Shown here one piece after another: positions 8,908-21,404 of a stretch of 64,000 nt of DNA (positions within the stretch are counted from its first letter, which is position 1; the number at the start of each line of letters is the position of its first letter). The notes beneath the pieces were generated by a model that ran no database searches, had not been told where the DNA came from, and saw only the letters and a list, made by a program, of their open reading frames with translations. The stretch is from Candidatus Bathyarchaeota archaeon (GTDB lineage Archaea > Thermoproteota > Bathyarchaeia > Bathyarchaeales > Bathycorpusculaceae): assembly GCA_963811105.1 (NCBI GenBank), contig CAWEPZ010000002.1, positions 576,001 to 640,000 of the forward strand. The letters run 5' to 3'. Position numbers and translations under genes: made by a program.

Positions 8908-9507
8908 TTAAGCAGATTTTGAACAAATAAATAGCCCTATTTCAGCAAATAAGTTTGGAAACAGCTTGATCACACCGTTTTTTCTAATAAATGCTGAGTT
9001 TTCGATGCATACGCTTCTCTTTTTGCAGTATTCTTTGAAATCGGCGATGCCGAGAAAATGAAGGTTTGGGGTATCATACCACTCGTAAGGCAATGCTTTT
9101 GTTACTGGGACTCTGCCTTTGAAGAATATTTGGAATCTGGCTGAGGTTTGCACGAAATTTGGGAATCCAACAATGACTTTCTTTCCTACTCTCAAAGCTT
9201 CTTTCAATGCGAAATCTGGTTTTTTCACCTGTTGCAATGTTTGGTTTAGTATAACGTAATCAAATGCGTTGTCAGCGTATTCAGAAAGTCCGGTGTCTAT
9301 GTCTTGCTGGAAAACGCTTAACCCTTTGGCTACACAGCGGTGGATGGCGCTTTCGCTTAGTTCTATTCCCTGTGCGCGAACATGTTTCTCGTTTATGAGG
9401 CGTGCTAAAAGATCTCCGTCACCGCATCCAAGATCTAATACTGATGCTTCATTGGTAATCCAGCCAAGAATGATTTTGTGCTCAGCTTTTATTGGTGTCT
9501 GCTTCAT
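8908..9507 (-). CDS. metW: Methionine biosynthesis protein MetW
   Basis: [12 protein letters not shown] motif, WYDTPNLH; overlaps the metX stop. Confidence 0.93.
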   Translation of the reverse strand: MKQTPIKAEHKIILGWITNEASVLDLGCGDGDLLARLINEKHVRAQGIELSESAIHRCVAKGLSVFQQDIDTGLSEYADNAFDYVILNQTLQQVKKPDFALKEALRVGKKVIVGFPNFVQTSARFQIFFKGRVPVTKALPYEWYDTPNLHFLGIADFKEYCKKRSVCIENSAFIRKNGVIKLFPNLFAEIGLFICSKSA

Positions 9508-10649
9508 GTAGCACCGCCGTTATTTCCGTTTGACAACGCATATAAGAAGTGACTAATTAGCTCATTTTCCTTTTTCGTCTCCAAAAGGAAAGCGTCATGC
9601 CCATAGGTTGAGTTTATTTCACAGTAGGTAGTGTCGACGCCTGCAAGTTTGCATGCTTTAACGATTTCTTGACTTTGATATGCGGGATATAGCCAGTCAG
9701 ACTTAAACGCTAAAACCATCACCTTCGCTCTTAAGCCGTTGAATATATTGTTCAGGCAATGACCGTTGAGTATGTTGAAGTTGTCGATGGCCTTGGTGAT
9801 GTAAAGGTAGCTGTTTGCGTCAAATCGCTTCACAAAGTTGTCTCCTCGATTATGTAGATAACCTTCGACTTCGAAGTTAGCGCTAAACTTAGCTGTTTCA
9901 CTTTGATGTTTCGTTCGTCTCCCAAATTTTTCAGCCATGGAAACATCACTCATGTAAGTGATATGACCAATCATCCTTGCCACCGCTAAACCTTTAGCTG
10001 GAATAGTGGAACCATAGTAGTTGCCATTCTTCCAATCAGGATCAGCCATGACTGCTTGTCTACCAACTTCATTGAACGCAATTTGCTGAGGAGCATGCTT
10101 CATAGTCGTCGCTATTGGGATAGCAGAGCAAATTCTGTTGGGGTAAGCGACCATCCACTGGAGTACCTGCATTCCACCCATGGAACCGCCAATAACCGTA
10201 AGTAGTTTATCTATGCCTAAATAATCAATTAGATTTGTTTGAGCATTCACCATGTCGCCAATCGTTACTAATGGAAAATCGGTGCCGTAGGGTTTGTCTG
10301 TTTTTGGATTTGGTGAAGATGGACCTGTTGAGCCTTGGCAACCGCCAATGATGTTGGAGCAGATTACAAAGTACTTGTTTGTATCTAAGCCTTTACCGGG
10401 ACCAATTGAGCTATCCCACCAACCATTGGCTTCAGCAGCATGAGCGTCTCCGGTAAGCGCGTGAAGCACTAGAACCGCATTTGATTTTTGTAAGTTTAGT
10501 TCGCCATATGTTTCGTAAGCAAGGGTAATTGGACCAAGTTTCTCGCCTGATTCAAGAAGAAGTTCATTCGGTGGATAAGCGAATGTAAAGTACATTGTCT
10601 TTGAATCTGATTGAGTTTGGTTTACTGTCATTAACTGTGTTGCCTCCAA
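9504..10649 (-). CDS. metX: Homoserine O-acetyltransferase
   Basis: HALTGD, GGSMGG, RFDANSY, GHDAFL. Confidence 0.95.
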   Translation of the reverse strand: MEATQLMTVNQTQSDSKTMYFTFAYPPNELLLESGEKLGPITLAYETYGELNLQKSNAVLVLHALTGDAHAAEANGWWDSSIGPGKGLDTNKYFVICSNIIGGCQGSTGPSSPNPKTDKPYGTDFPLVTIGDMVNAQTNLIDYLGIDKLLTVIGGSMGGMQVLQWMVAYPNRICSAIPIATTMKHAPQQIAFNEVGRQAVMADPDWKNGNYYGSTIPAKGLAVARMIGHITYMSDVSMAEKFGRRTKHQSETAKFSANFEVEGYLHNRGDNFVKRFDANSYLYITKAIDNFNILNGHCLNNIFNGLRAKVMVLAFKSDWLYPAYQSQEIVKACKLAGVDTTYCEINSTYGHDAFLLETKKENELISHFLYALSNGNNGGAT

Positions 10650-10660
10650 AATTATGAAAT

Positions 10661-11968
<1,308 letters not shown>

Positions 11969-12064
11969 TCACCTTTTAGGTGCAATACTGCATAACGGCG
12001 TTATATTGGTTTTTGACAAAAATATTCCAAAAAGAATATTACCCAACAAAACAATTACTGAAAT

Positions 12065-12619
12065 ATGTTCCCAACCTTAGAAGACATAGCCAAACGCAGA
12101 CGCCAACTAGGACTAAAACAGTCCGAACTAGCCAAAATGACAGGTGTAAGCCAATCCCTAATCGCCAAGTTAGAAGCCGGAGCCATCGACTCATCCTACA
12201 CCAAGGTAAAAACGATATTTGACGTCCTGGATCGATTGGAATTCAAGACAAAAACTCAGGCCGACAAGGTTCTTCACAAAAATGTTGTAGCGGTCCAAAA
12301 GGACGAACCCATATCGAAAGTGGTAAAAATAATGAAGGAATACGGCTACTCACAGATACCAGTCTTCGAAGGCAAACATCCCGTTGGTAGCATATCCGAA
12401 AAGGCCATACTGCGCCAAATCTTGGCAGGCAAAGACCTTGACGAGATATCTAAGTTGCCGACGGAAGAAATCATGGAAGAAGCTTTTCCGCAGATAAATG
12501 AAGATGCCCCATTAGCGTTGATTTCAAGCCTCTTACAGAATTACTCGGCGGTTTTGGTTTCCCAAAAAGGCGAAGTAATAGGCATTATCACGAAGGCTGA
12601 TTTGCTAAGAATGATCTAG
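12065..12619 (+). CDS. XRE-HTH plus CBS-pair transcriptional regulator
   Basis: LKQSELAKMTGVSQSLIAKLE HTH; two CBS repeats (YSQIPV, GIITKADLL); divergent from metY. Confidence 0.88.
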   Translation: MFPTLEDIAKRRRQLGLKQSELAKMTGVSQSLIAKLEAGAIDSSYTKVKTIFDVLDRLEFKTKTQADKVLHKNVVAVQKDEPISKVVKIMKEYGYSQIPVFEGKHPVGSISEKAILRQILAGKDLDEISKLPTEEIMEEAFPQINEDAPLALISSLLQNYSAVLVSQKGEVIGIITKADLLRMI

Positions 12620-12691
12620 TCCTATTCTACCTCAAGTTTCTGATATAACATTTAATTTATTAGGTATAATGATGTTATAATTACGAATCAT

Positions 12692-13072
12692 ATGAGTGCT
12701 CGATGCGAGTCTGTAGGAAAATTTATCGTTCCTATTTTCAGATCCATAGTTGCAAAAGAACTCATAAACACTTACCATTTAACACAGGTTGAGGCGGCAA
12801 AGAGGCTCAAAACTACCCAAGCGGCAGTAAGCCAATATATAAACTCAAAACGCGCTATCAAAGGTGTCATTCAATTCAACGATATATTGCCGAGAATCCA
12901 AACAGAGGCGAAAAAAACCGCTAAACAACTTGCAAATCAAGAAACAACCTGGGATGAAGTTACACTTGATTTCTGCAAGCTCTGCTCCACATTTTATTTA
13001 ACGGAAGAAGATGAAACAGGCGATAACTACATCAATTTGAAAACCTTAACTTTAGTTGAATTTGAGATGTAA
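12692..13072 (+). CDS. Archaeal HTH transcriptional regulator with Cys motifs
   Basis: TQVEAAKRLKTTQAAVSQY; N-terminal CE and C-terminal CKLC. Confidence 0.8.
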   Translation: MSARCESVGKFIVPIFRSIVAKELINTYHLTQVEAAKRLKTTQAAVSQYINSKRAIKGVIQFNDILPRIQTEAKKTAKQLANQETTWDEVTLDFCKLCSTFYLTEEDETGDNYINLKTLTLVEFEM

Positions 13073-13376
13073 TGTAAACTTACAGCTGAACCTTATGGTA
13101 AGCCGTTGGTTGTGGTATTTTTCGGAGTAGTCGACCCTGTTATGGAACTATGACTTATGTTGAAAAACAGTTACACACACCTGTAGAGTGTATCACTATC
13201 AGAGTATACAGGTAAAAAAAAAGTTTTACGGTAGCAAACCAAAAACACCAAAAAATATAGCATTAATGCAATTGCTATATTGCTCGTTCAAAGGATATAG
13301 AACCAAGCGTACTGGATCCCGAAGAATAAAAATAATCGATGCAAAATCGCATCGGTTCTGAACTTTTCTCTGATGC

Positions 13377-13517
13377 CTAGTCATCAATTATTTCAATCAT
13401 AGGCTTTCCGCAGCACTCGGGAGCCTTCTCAATGTTACGTCTAACGTCACCGGTGCGAGAAACCTCAAACTCACTTCGTGCCTTATTACCGCATATTGTG
13501 CACATAAACGTTGGCAT
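13377..13517 (-). CDS. Small desulforedoxin-like metal-binding protein, 46 aa (not in ORF track)
   Basis: MPTFMCTICGNK...PECCGKPMIEIIDD (CxxC...CCGxPM). Confidence 0.7.
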   Translation of the reverse strand: MPTFMCTICGNKARSEFEVSRTGDVRRNIEKAPECCGKPMIEIIDD

Positions 13518-13783
13518 CTAAAGCTCAAATCCATGTTAAGGAAAGCTACATTATAAAACAATATGCCTAATTTATAAACAGGAATAGAATGAGAAAACCG
13601 CTGTAATGTGCCTAATTTTTTAACTACTTAAACACATATACTTATAAGTATGTATGCACATATTGTGTTATGTGAATAAGTGAATCACCACAAATTAATA
13701 GAGCAAACAAGCAGAAAATTTACCATTCGCTTACTCACAAAATTGTGACACACAAAGCATGCACGAAAACAAGTGATTAAAAA

Positions 13784-13927
13784 ATGGGTCGAATCAATGT
13801 AGACATCTCACAAGAAATAGAAAAGCAACTAAGACTAAAAACAGTAGAAAAATTCGGGGGCAAAAAAGGCGACTTATCCCGAGCAGTTCAAGAAGCAGTA
13901 AAAATATGGATCAACCAAAAAGAATAA
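13784..13927 (+). CDS. Ribbon-helix-helix DNA-binding protein, 47 aa (not in ORF track)
   Basis: MGRINVDISQEIEKQLRLKTVEKFGGKKGDLSRAVQEAVKIWI, a typical archaeal RHH pattern. Confidence 0.75.
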   Translation: MGRINVDISQEIEKQLRLKTVEKFGGKKGDLSRAVQEAVKIWINQKE

Positions 13928-14168
13928 CTAATGAAGTCGTTGCCTCTTCAAGCACAGTAACTAAATTATTAAGCATGCCTCGGTAAAAGGCGAGGGAAGC
14001 CAGTTAGCCTCAAGCATCCAATCGCAAGGGTGTCATTATGGGCAATCTAGCTGAAAGCCCCTTTTCAAAATGGTCCTCTCAAAAATTTGGTTTACCCGGT
14101 TGATGGGAATAGTAAGAAAAGTTTAAACGATTCAGAACAAAAAACTCTGATTAATAAGGTGGAGAATT

Positions 14169-14321
14169 ATGGTTAGTAGAAAATTGGAACTTGTTTTCAT
14201 CGACAAGGAAGGGAAATATTACCCTCTAGACGAAGTTGATCGTGAAGAATTGGCAATAGGTTTAGAAAAAATTTCCAAAGAAGTCGCCAAACGACTGCAA
14301 TTGTTAAAAGAGCAAAGATAA
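14169..14321 (+). CDS. Small hypothetical protein, 50 aa (not in ORF track)
   Basis: AAGGTGGAG SD, then MVSRKLELVFIDKEGKYYPLDEVDREELAIGLEKISKEVAKRLQLLKEQR. Confidence 0.55.
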   Translation: MVSRKLELVFIDKEGKYYPLDEVDREELAIGLEKISKEVAKRLQLLKEQR

Positions 14322-14966
14322 AATCGTGTAACGCTGACATTTCGAATTGTTGATTTAACGTTTTTCGCGACTTTTTCCACCAAGACAGCAGCCAAACCAA
14401 TTCGCACAATCAACATACTTGGCCTCATCCTTTAAAGATGAGCCTCCTTTGGAAAAAACAAAAACCTAATTACCATTAACTTATAATTTTTTTCCATTTA
14501 AGAAACCTCAACCAATCCTCTAGTACAGGGATAAAGAAAGAAGGAAAATAGCGAGTTCCCTGTTCGCCATTTTACAATGTAAATTACTCTGCAGAGGATG
14601 ATAGCCTGGGAGAGATGGGCGCTTATGTTAAATTTGTTCGAAATTAAGTCTCGGAGCAACAGTTTTTTTTCCCCGTTTTTATTTTTTTCAAATAAATTTG
14701 ATTGTTGCTAAAAGCCTTTTAGCTAAAAAGGAAAAAAGTGTGTTCGAATCATGCATTTTCAAAGAGGCATGTTTGAGATTTGAATTACACTCTTTTCTAC
14801 GGTTGGTAATCGTAGACGAAGATCAATAATTTTGAAGTTACAGAAGTGGATTATCACTTATTCAGCTATTAGAGTTAACGCGACACCAAAGGAGAAAATA
14901 ATGCTCGATATCTTGGAATAAATTCTGTGAAACAAACGTTTAGCAGTTTTCGTTAAATGGTTCGTG

Positions 14967-15755
14967 TCATTTTATTGGTTATATCTGTAATATCGCCTTG
15001 GTCATACTGCATTAAGCGCATGTTGACTCCCGCTCAGCTCCACATAACTGTTATGCGTTTCTTCGTCATTGACCCATGATCCAGTGTTCACCAAATTCTG
15101 GGTCGGGCTTACAAATGGTCTATGAGTGTGACCAAAAACAAGCAATTGCCCTTCTCTCACATTCTGGGCTGCTTTCTTCTCAACGTCGCCAAAAGCGGTT
15201 AGATAATCTATCCTTCGGAGGTGAAATCAAATGTTGCAAGTATTTCTCTTTCGTAGAATGCAATTCAATAAGATCCGCGATAGAACCTAAAACGTGATCA
15301 CCTGTGGTCACCCACTTCCATACATCAGACCTTACTTGCCCACCTCCATCAGACATGTTATCACAAAGCAACTCCATAAACGGTGCCCGCTGTTCAAAAT
15401 CAAACTCATATCCATGCTTGAATACGTACGTTACACCGTTTCCCGGCAAAGTGAGTTCACTTCTAAATTCAAGAGGATATTTGTGATTAGCCAATTCTAA
15501 GAGATGATAATCATGATTGCCCACAACGTAGTAGACGGTTTTTTTCTGTTTTAGTGTAAGAAGAGTTTGCAAGATTTCATGGTTTTCAAGAAAGATCCCG
15601 CTTACATCTCTTCTCCACATATCAATGAAGTCGCCCAATATTACCAATGCATCAATATCCGCTCTACTTGTCAGGGCTTGAAGAAAAGTGTTAAGCTCAT
15701 CGGCGTTTGATTGCGAATAACCTAAATGAACATCAGAAATAGTCAGAATTGTCAC
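14967..15755 (-). pseudogene. Calcineurin-like metallophosphoesterase (LpxH-like), frameshifted
   Basis: SDVHLG, GDFID, GNHD, HG in the main frame; GHTH and NTGSW continue in another frame after ~15200; 3' end uncertain. Confidence 0.75.
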
Positions 15756-16029
15756 ATGGAGTCGCCATTATATTATAGATACTTTGTTTTGTTATTAATA
15801 GTCTGAGTCTAATAAGTGTTAAGAAAAATTAGGGAAGTGTTAAGAATAGCATTTTCAAAATAGTAATTCATCTAAGGCTTCTAAATCATATTTCAATTTA
15901 TTTAGCAATTGTTTGCGGTAGTATTTGAAAGAGAAAAGAGGTTATGAACAGCTTCTAACATATCGAGTTGAGGGTAATTATTTTCTTAGTATTTGCTGAA
16001 CCGTTCCGGATGTTTCACAGCATATTATT

Positions 16030-16485
16030 TTATTTCTTAGAAAGGACTGCCTGAATTATTTGAACCAAGTCAATATTCGAAACGCTTACTGGATTAAAAA
16101 GTCCCTTAACTGTGTTTCCCACAGTTTCAATAATTTTAAGTTGCAATTCTTTTCTAGTAGCCAATACAGCATCAACATTTCCTTTATGAATTGTCCAAAT
16201 CACATCGTTATCAGATGGACGGTTAGGCGGAAACTCATTTGTAATATTACCCGTCAACGCGCCGATGGTGGTTTTGAACACGCCTTTCACAGTTCCGTTG
16301 TCAAAATTTGTTGTAATTACTGTATCAGTGTCAGTCGTAACTTGTTTCATTGCATTGTCCAACAATGCTTTGAATTGTTCCCCAAATTCCTTCAGTTGAT
16401 TGCTGGCGTCGCTTAAGCTTGCATCGATACTTTTTTGAGTGTTTTGAAAAAAACTCATGGCGTTATTATTTAGAATTTCAGACAT
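16030..16485 (-). CDS. Hypothetical protein with amphipathic helices
   Basis: 151-aa ORF with GTGAT SD-like motif; no family recognised. Confidence 0.6.
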   Translation of the reverse strand: MSEILNNNAMSFFQNTQKSIDASLSDASNQLKEFGEQFKALLDNAMKQVTTDTDTVITTNFDNGTVKGVFKTTIGALTGNITNEFPPNRPSDNDVIWTIHKGNVDAVLATRKELQLKIIETVGNTVKGLFNPVSVSNIDLVQIIQAVLSKK

Positions 16486-16644
16486 ATCAAATCACGCTAC
16501 TTACTATTTATGCAACTTGCTTATGAAATTTTCCAAACAATGTTCATACTAATCAAATGGTTTACATCGGGTATTGCACTCTATGAATTCAGAGACTTCG
16601 ATACATAAACGGTTTGAGCTTTGCCAAACATCAGAAGAATGGTT

Positions 16645-19173
16645 CTAGAATATTCTCCTGAGCATGTATGGTAAGGAGAGGACATCGCCTTCGACCATGA
16701 TAAAGCCAGGAATGCCTTTCAGCAGTTTCAGTACGGGACTTTCCTTTGAAGAGTACCTCCCAACCATGAAGTTGGGTCCAACCATTCTTATCTCATCGTG
16801 GAAAAGGTTGCCGGTAAAGTCGAACATGTCCATCATATCCTTGGTAAATTTCGTGTTAGATGTTCCCGGAAGTACGCCTCCGAAGTTGTAGTTGCACTTC
16901 AGTGACCCCTGGTCCATGAGGTACGTGAATCTGAACATTACAGGGGAGACTGCGGAGTCAGAAATGAACCTGCCCTCCCACTTTCCAAGCACTTCTTCAG
17001 CATTGGGTTTCCTTGACTTGCTGGAGAAAATTGCCTTAAAGTCGTCCTGCGTCATGAAGTCAACTGAATACCGCCGCGACATGGAGAATGTCAGAATTTG
17101 GACTCCTCTTGGTGGGTCTTCTCCAGCGAACGCCTGCCCAAGGATGGTATCCTTGTCAATAATCTTCAACAGATCGTAGAATTTTTCAAACTCTGGTTCC
17201 AAGTATTTAAGGCGTATTACCTTTCCGAATCCCGGATACTCAGTATCGATGGGCTGGTTCTTCGCAAATACGGGCGCATAATAGGGGTGGGTCACCCCGT
17301 CGATGATGTCGTTACTTTGCACGAATCTCTTCCAGAATCCACCAGCATAAAGAAGGACGGATGTGAGGGATGCGGGATCAGCGGTGAAGAAGCCCTTCCA
17401 GTATCTGTTGTTCCAGATCATCAAGGTCTTGGGGTCAAATGACCAATTCTCGCCGTCCACTATCTCCATTTTCGCCGAGTTTAAAAGGGCGCTGCTTGGC
17501 AAGATTGTGTCGCTGATCTCGTACTTTTGGTTGAGCTGGTTGGTGCGACAATACATCGGCTGTTCCAAGGAGCAAATCTGGCCCAACTTCTCTGTGATCT
17601 CGGGGGCTGCAAAGTTGCTCCAACCCTTGTTTATGCGATCAGCAACCAAGGTGGCGAGAGACATCACAGTCAGTTGCGGGTTGACGCCCACCGCGGTTGG
17701 AAAGACACTGGCATCACAAACGAAGAGATTCCTGTAGTCGTATACCTTACAGTTCGAGTCCACAACACATATTTTACTGTCGTTACCCATCCGGTTTCCT
17801 CCTTGCGGGTGTGCAGAACCCATAAGCAAACTCTTTGAGTCGTTCCTGATTGCCTCAACCAGGTTCGGTATCTGCCCAGTCCCTTCGATAATTGGCAACG
17901 CCAAGTGTGATGTGATCACTTTGGTTGCTCCCAATCCAAACCACATCTTTGCCACAACTTCGACCCCTTTGGCGATCATGTCAATCTCCATTGGACTAAG
18001 AGAGTAACTCACTCGAGGAACTCCGTCGTTCGCTATGGTGATGGTGCCGTTCGACCCATCCCTAACCAGGATGCCTGCCATAGAATAGTGCTGGTATCTC
18101 TTCATCAGTTCTTCATGTTGCCCTCCACCAATGGGCAGGGCCATCGAGAACTGGAAGGGTGGCAGATAGATTCCTTCCACAAGGAACCCTCCCTGCTCTA
18201 CTCCGTTAGTTACCCCGAACTGGTGGAGTGTGTAGGCCATTGGGATACCTTGGTTAGCTCTGACTTCGAACGGAAAGTCACCGAGAACAAAGGGCGCAGG
18301 GTGGAGGGCAAGCCCTTTTCCTGCCTTGTTCTTTGCGATGCCATTCTTCATAAGCAAAGCTGTGGATGCTATGGCGCCTGCGGCTACAATGACCAACTTC
18401 GCGTTAACCCTAATCTTGCAGACCTCGTTATCATCAGCATCCTGGAAACTACCTTCGACCCCGTCAACGACCCCATCTGAAGATGTGATTGTCTCAGCGG
18501 AGCAGTTACAGTAAATGCGGAGCTGCGAGTCGGGGTTGTTTAACGCATTGTGGATGTATGTGATCCTCGGCTCTTGCTTTGTTTCATAGTGGCACCCAAG
18601 GTGACACAGCCCACATTGCATGCAATTGGTGCAGTTGCGAGAATTCGGACGATGCTCAGTGTAACCCATCATCTGACAGCCCTTTCGGAGCATCAAACTG
18701 TTCCGATCTAGCTCCGCCTCGGTCACTTCAGTGACATGAATCTCACGTGAAACCTCAGCAGTGGCATTTTCCCATTCTTGGTCAGAGACGTCCACACCCA
18801 TCTCTCTCCACTGTTTTCGAACAATGTCTGGTATCGGGAAGCAGACTGCGTCGTTGATGTTCGTTGAGCCGCCAAGGCACGAACCTTGGGCAATTGCTAT
18901 TCTGAGATCATCGGTGAAGTTTGCTCCGCTGTTCTTCCAGAGTAAGGGGATCATGTCCTCGTCAATCTGATTCATGTCTTCGTCGTCATAGTATCCGCCT
19001 TTCTCAAGCAGAATCACTGACTTACCTGCATCACAGAACTTCTTTGCCAATACAGCGCCAGCAGCGCCTGAGCCAATGACACAAACATCTGTGTTCTCGA
19101 GCACATCGCCGTCGAGTTTGTGATAGGTCTCTTTTCTATACTTATAGTCGTCGATGCCGTAGATGCAGTTCAT
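16645..19173 (-). CDS. GMC-family oxidoreductase with C-terminal GXWXG/DUF4334-like repeats
   Basis: VIGSGAAG FAD motif, LGGSTNIN, NCMQCGLCHLGC, SAHPQGG, DASVFPTAVGVNP; ATG 19173 overlaps the upstream TGA. Confidence 0.9.
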   Translation of the reverse strand: MNCIYGIDDYKYRKETYHKLDGDVLENTDVCVIGSGAAGAVLAKKFCDAGKSVILLEKGGYYDDEDMNQIDEDMIPLLWKNSGANFTDDLRIAIAQGSCLGGSTNINDAVCFPIPDIVRKQWREMGVDVSDQEWENATAEVSREIHVTEVTEAELDRNSLMLRKGCQMMGYTEHRPNSRNCTNCMQCGLCHLGCHYETKQEPRITYIHNALNNPDSQLRIYCNCSAETITSSDGVVDGVEGSFQDADDNEVCKIRVNAKLVIVAAGAIASTALLMKNGIAKNKAGKGLALHPAPFVLGDFPFEVRANQGIPMAYTLHQFGVTNGVEQGGFLVEGIYLPPFQFSMALPIGGGQHEELMKRYQHYSMAGILVRDGSNGTITIANDGVPRVSYSLSPMEIDMIAKGVEVVAKMWFGLGATKVITSHLALPIIEGTGQIPNLVEAIRNDSKSLLMGSAHPQGGNRMGNDSKICVVDSNCKVYDYRNLFVCDASVFPTAVGVNPQLTVMSLATLVADRINKGWSNFAAPEITEKLGQICSLEQPMYCRTNQLNQKYEISDTILPSSALLNSAKMEIVDGENWSFDPKTLMIWNNRYWKGFFTADPASLTSVLLYAGGFWKRFVQSNDIIDGVTHPYYAPVFAKNQPIDTEYPGFGKVIRLKYLEPEFEKFYDLLKIIDKDTILGQAFAGEDPPRGVQILTFSMSRRYSVDFMTQDDFKAIFSSKSRKPNAEEVLGKWEGRFISDSAVSPVMFRFTYLMDQGSLKCNYNFGGVLPGTSNTKFTKDMMDMFDFTGNLFHDEIRMVGPNFMVGRYSSKESPVLKLLKGIPGFIMVEGDVLSLPYMLRRIF

Positions 19174-19760
19174 GTTGGCAACTCCGCTCTGTCCCACCTG
19201 GTGACGTGATAGTGGGCGTTTTTGCGTGGTTCAGATGGAACCTGTATCCCATCATATCCGCCGGCGCCCGCGAGTTGGTCTCTGTAAAGTGTCCAGCTAT
19301 CAAGCGTCCTAAGCAGTTCCTCGGAGATGACCTTCACGTTCTCATTTGATACATTCGATATTTCGGTTATTATCCTGAAGTCTGCAACCAGCTTCCGGAG
19401 GTTGTTTGCGTAGATATTTGGTGCTAATGGGTTCGGCTCGGATTGACCGAGCTTTACTTGGAAATATACATTTCCTGTTGTATTGATTTTCTGCTTTGTT
19501 TCAACGACCACTTTACCATCTTTGTCTCTGATGCGAGTGTAGATGTTGGGGTTATTTTTGAATATGTCCTTGAACAAGTCCTTGGTAAAGATAATCTCAA
19601 AACATCCATCGGAGTCGGTCCGGGATTTGCCCAGTCTGTTATCTGGGTGTAGTTCAATGCCGCTTGCTTTATCGAAAGCCTGCACAGTATAACCTTCAAC
19701 TGGATTATTCTGGTCGTCCCTTATCCTGCCAGTGATGAAATAGTTGGAATTTTTTGACAT
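19170..19760 (-). CDS. Transthyretin-like/carboxypeptidase-regulatory-like domain protein
   Basis: ITGRIRD...PVEGYTVQAFD...LG...TDSDGCF pattern; translationally coupled to the GMC gene. Confidence 0.65.
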   Translation of the reverse strand: MSKNSNYFITGRIRDDQNNPVEGYTVQAFDKASGIELHPDNRLGKSRTDSDGCFEIIFTKDLFKDIFKNNPNIYTRIRDKDGKVVVETKQKINTTGNVYFQVKLGQSEPNPLAPNIYANNLRKLVADFRIITEISNVSNENVKVISEELLRTLDSWTLYRDQLAGAGGYDGIQVPSEPRKNAHYHVTRWDRAELPT

Positions 19761-19918
19761 AAAAATTTTGTCTCCTTATGGAAAGGATTGATCTATAATA
19801 TGTTCTATCACGATATACCGTATTCTGAGAACTTAAGCATTTGTTGCAGTGTAAATACAACCACATGATTCTATAAGCATCTTGAATCTTTAGAATTGAG
19901 CATGAGGAGTAGAAACCG

Positions 19919-20973
19919 TTGCTAACTAACGATATTAACAAATTCTCAGAGGATGTCCGCGCGGATGTGCTACGCGGTGCTTCGGTCCCCGATTACTTCA
20001 GCACTCGTGCGACGAAAGAGTTGCAGGGGATTCTGCATGACACGCCAACCCAGCCGCTTGATAAGCTGCTGAACACGGGCAAGATCCGCATAGACTTCGC
20101 AAACAAACGAATTTTCCGTGATTCATTCTGGAAAGGCTCCTTCGCTCAGGATACCCTGCTTGGGTGGGAAGAGCGAATTCGAAAGAGTATCCTAGGAGAT
20201 ACTGGAGCGAAAGCCGGCGGCATCTTCGCGGGTGGAAGCTTCTGGAAGCGCTTCGATAAGGTGAAGGTGGAGTCGCAACTGGCTATGTGGTAAACTATGA
20301 ACTTACCTTTTTGCCCGGACTTCCTATTGTAAGACAGATTTCCTATCCTGACGATAGGCGCCGCTATTTCCGAAAGGGTGATACGATACTGCTGCTCACC
20401 TACACTAATGACCCTTACAAGATGGTCTACGACACCATCAAGATCATCGACGACAACAACGCCATCGGCGTGATGCACCTAGGAGACTTTCCCAACGGGA
20501 TCGAATTCGTCACATTCGTCATGGCGCGCAACAATTATCCCTTTGCTAACATGTCGGTAAATGACCACAACCTCATCTTTTCCGATCCCCAAACAAGCGT
20601 TCCCACTGGAGCTCAATTGGAAGGTCAATGGAAGGGCCACCTCATCTTTGTGACCACCCCTAACAGCACCCTGCTCAACCAACTCAATCCGGTAGTGTTT
20701 GAAATAATCTTCAAACAAGCAGAAGCTCAGATGGAGTGCCATTATCATTTTGGCCTAGTCAACATGAAGACTCAGGTGAACATGACCAATGATTTCGTGC
20801 GGTTGACTGATCCGACGGGATTCAAAGATGAGATTCGTATGATCGACCAGAATACGCTCATCGGAAAGTGGATCTCGCCAGAACTTGATTCGGCACTGCT
20901 AGATAGTTTGCGCAGTTACCTGGAGCCTTCCACAAAAGGTTTTGTCTTCTACTTCATACTCACCCGTAAATAG
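19919..20973 (+). pseudogene. Stand-alone paralog of the GMC C-terminal domain, split by one frameshift near 20262
   Basis: The two ORFs join as RFDKV/EGGVATGYVVNYELT; shared motifs FWKG, GGxFWKRF, YDxxKIID, GxWxG, DEIRM. Confidence 0.75.
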
Positions 20974-21404
20974 AAGTTGAACAACTCTCAATGCAGGGTG
21001 ACGCGATACCTTCCTTCTTAAGAAGTTATTGCGAATAGAAGATTAAGAAGTTCTACAGAAGCAGAACGGATTGATCATCGCAAGGGACAAATATGAAGGT
21101 CACCAAAAAGCTGAGCTCAGCCTGAGTCCGGATAAGAAAATCTCTATTCAGCAACTATTCTGTTTTTCAATATTACTTGAATCTCGAAAATACATGAGAC
21201 ATACATTGCGTATGAGCAGAAACGGGTTCCAAGAGAAGACAGAAAAAGAGCGACACATTCTTCTCTTCTATGTTTGAAAGGTTATTTCGGTGATCGCGGT
21301 TTTCTTTTTCTTTTAGAAAGCCAAAATTTTGTTAGTTTGACTGCTAAGAAAACTAAATGGGGATGTTTGATTGGATGAATTTAATCCAGACATATTATAG
21401 CTAT

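Noticed and set aside
13985-14065. Assignment as a cobalamin, SAM or guanidine riboswitch
   Set aside because: Only short partial matches (GGGAAG, AAAGCCC); core consensus elements are missing
16664-18970. Many overlapping ORFs on both strands
   Set aside because: Shadow frames of the GC-richer GMC gene with no motifs of their own
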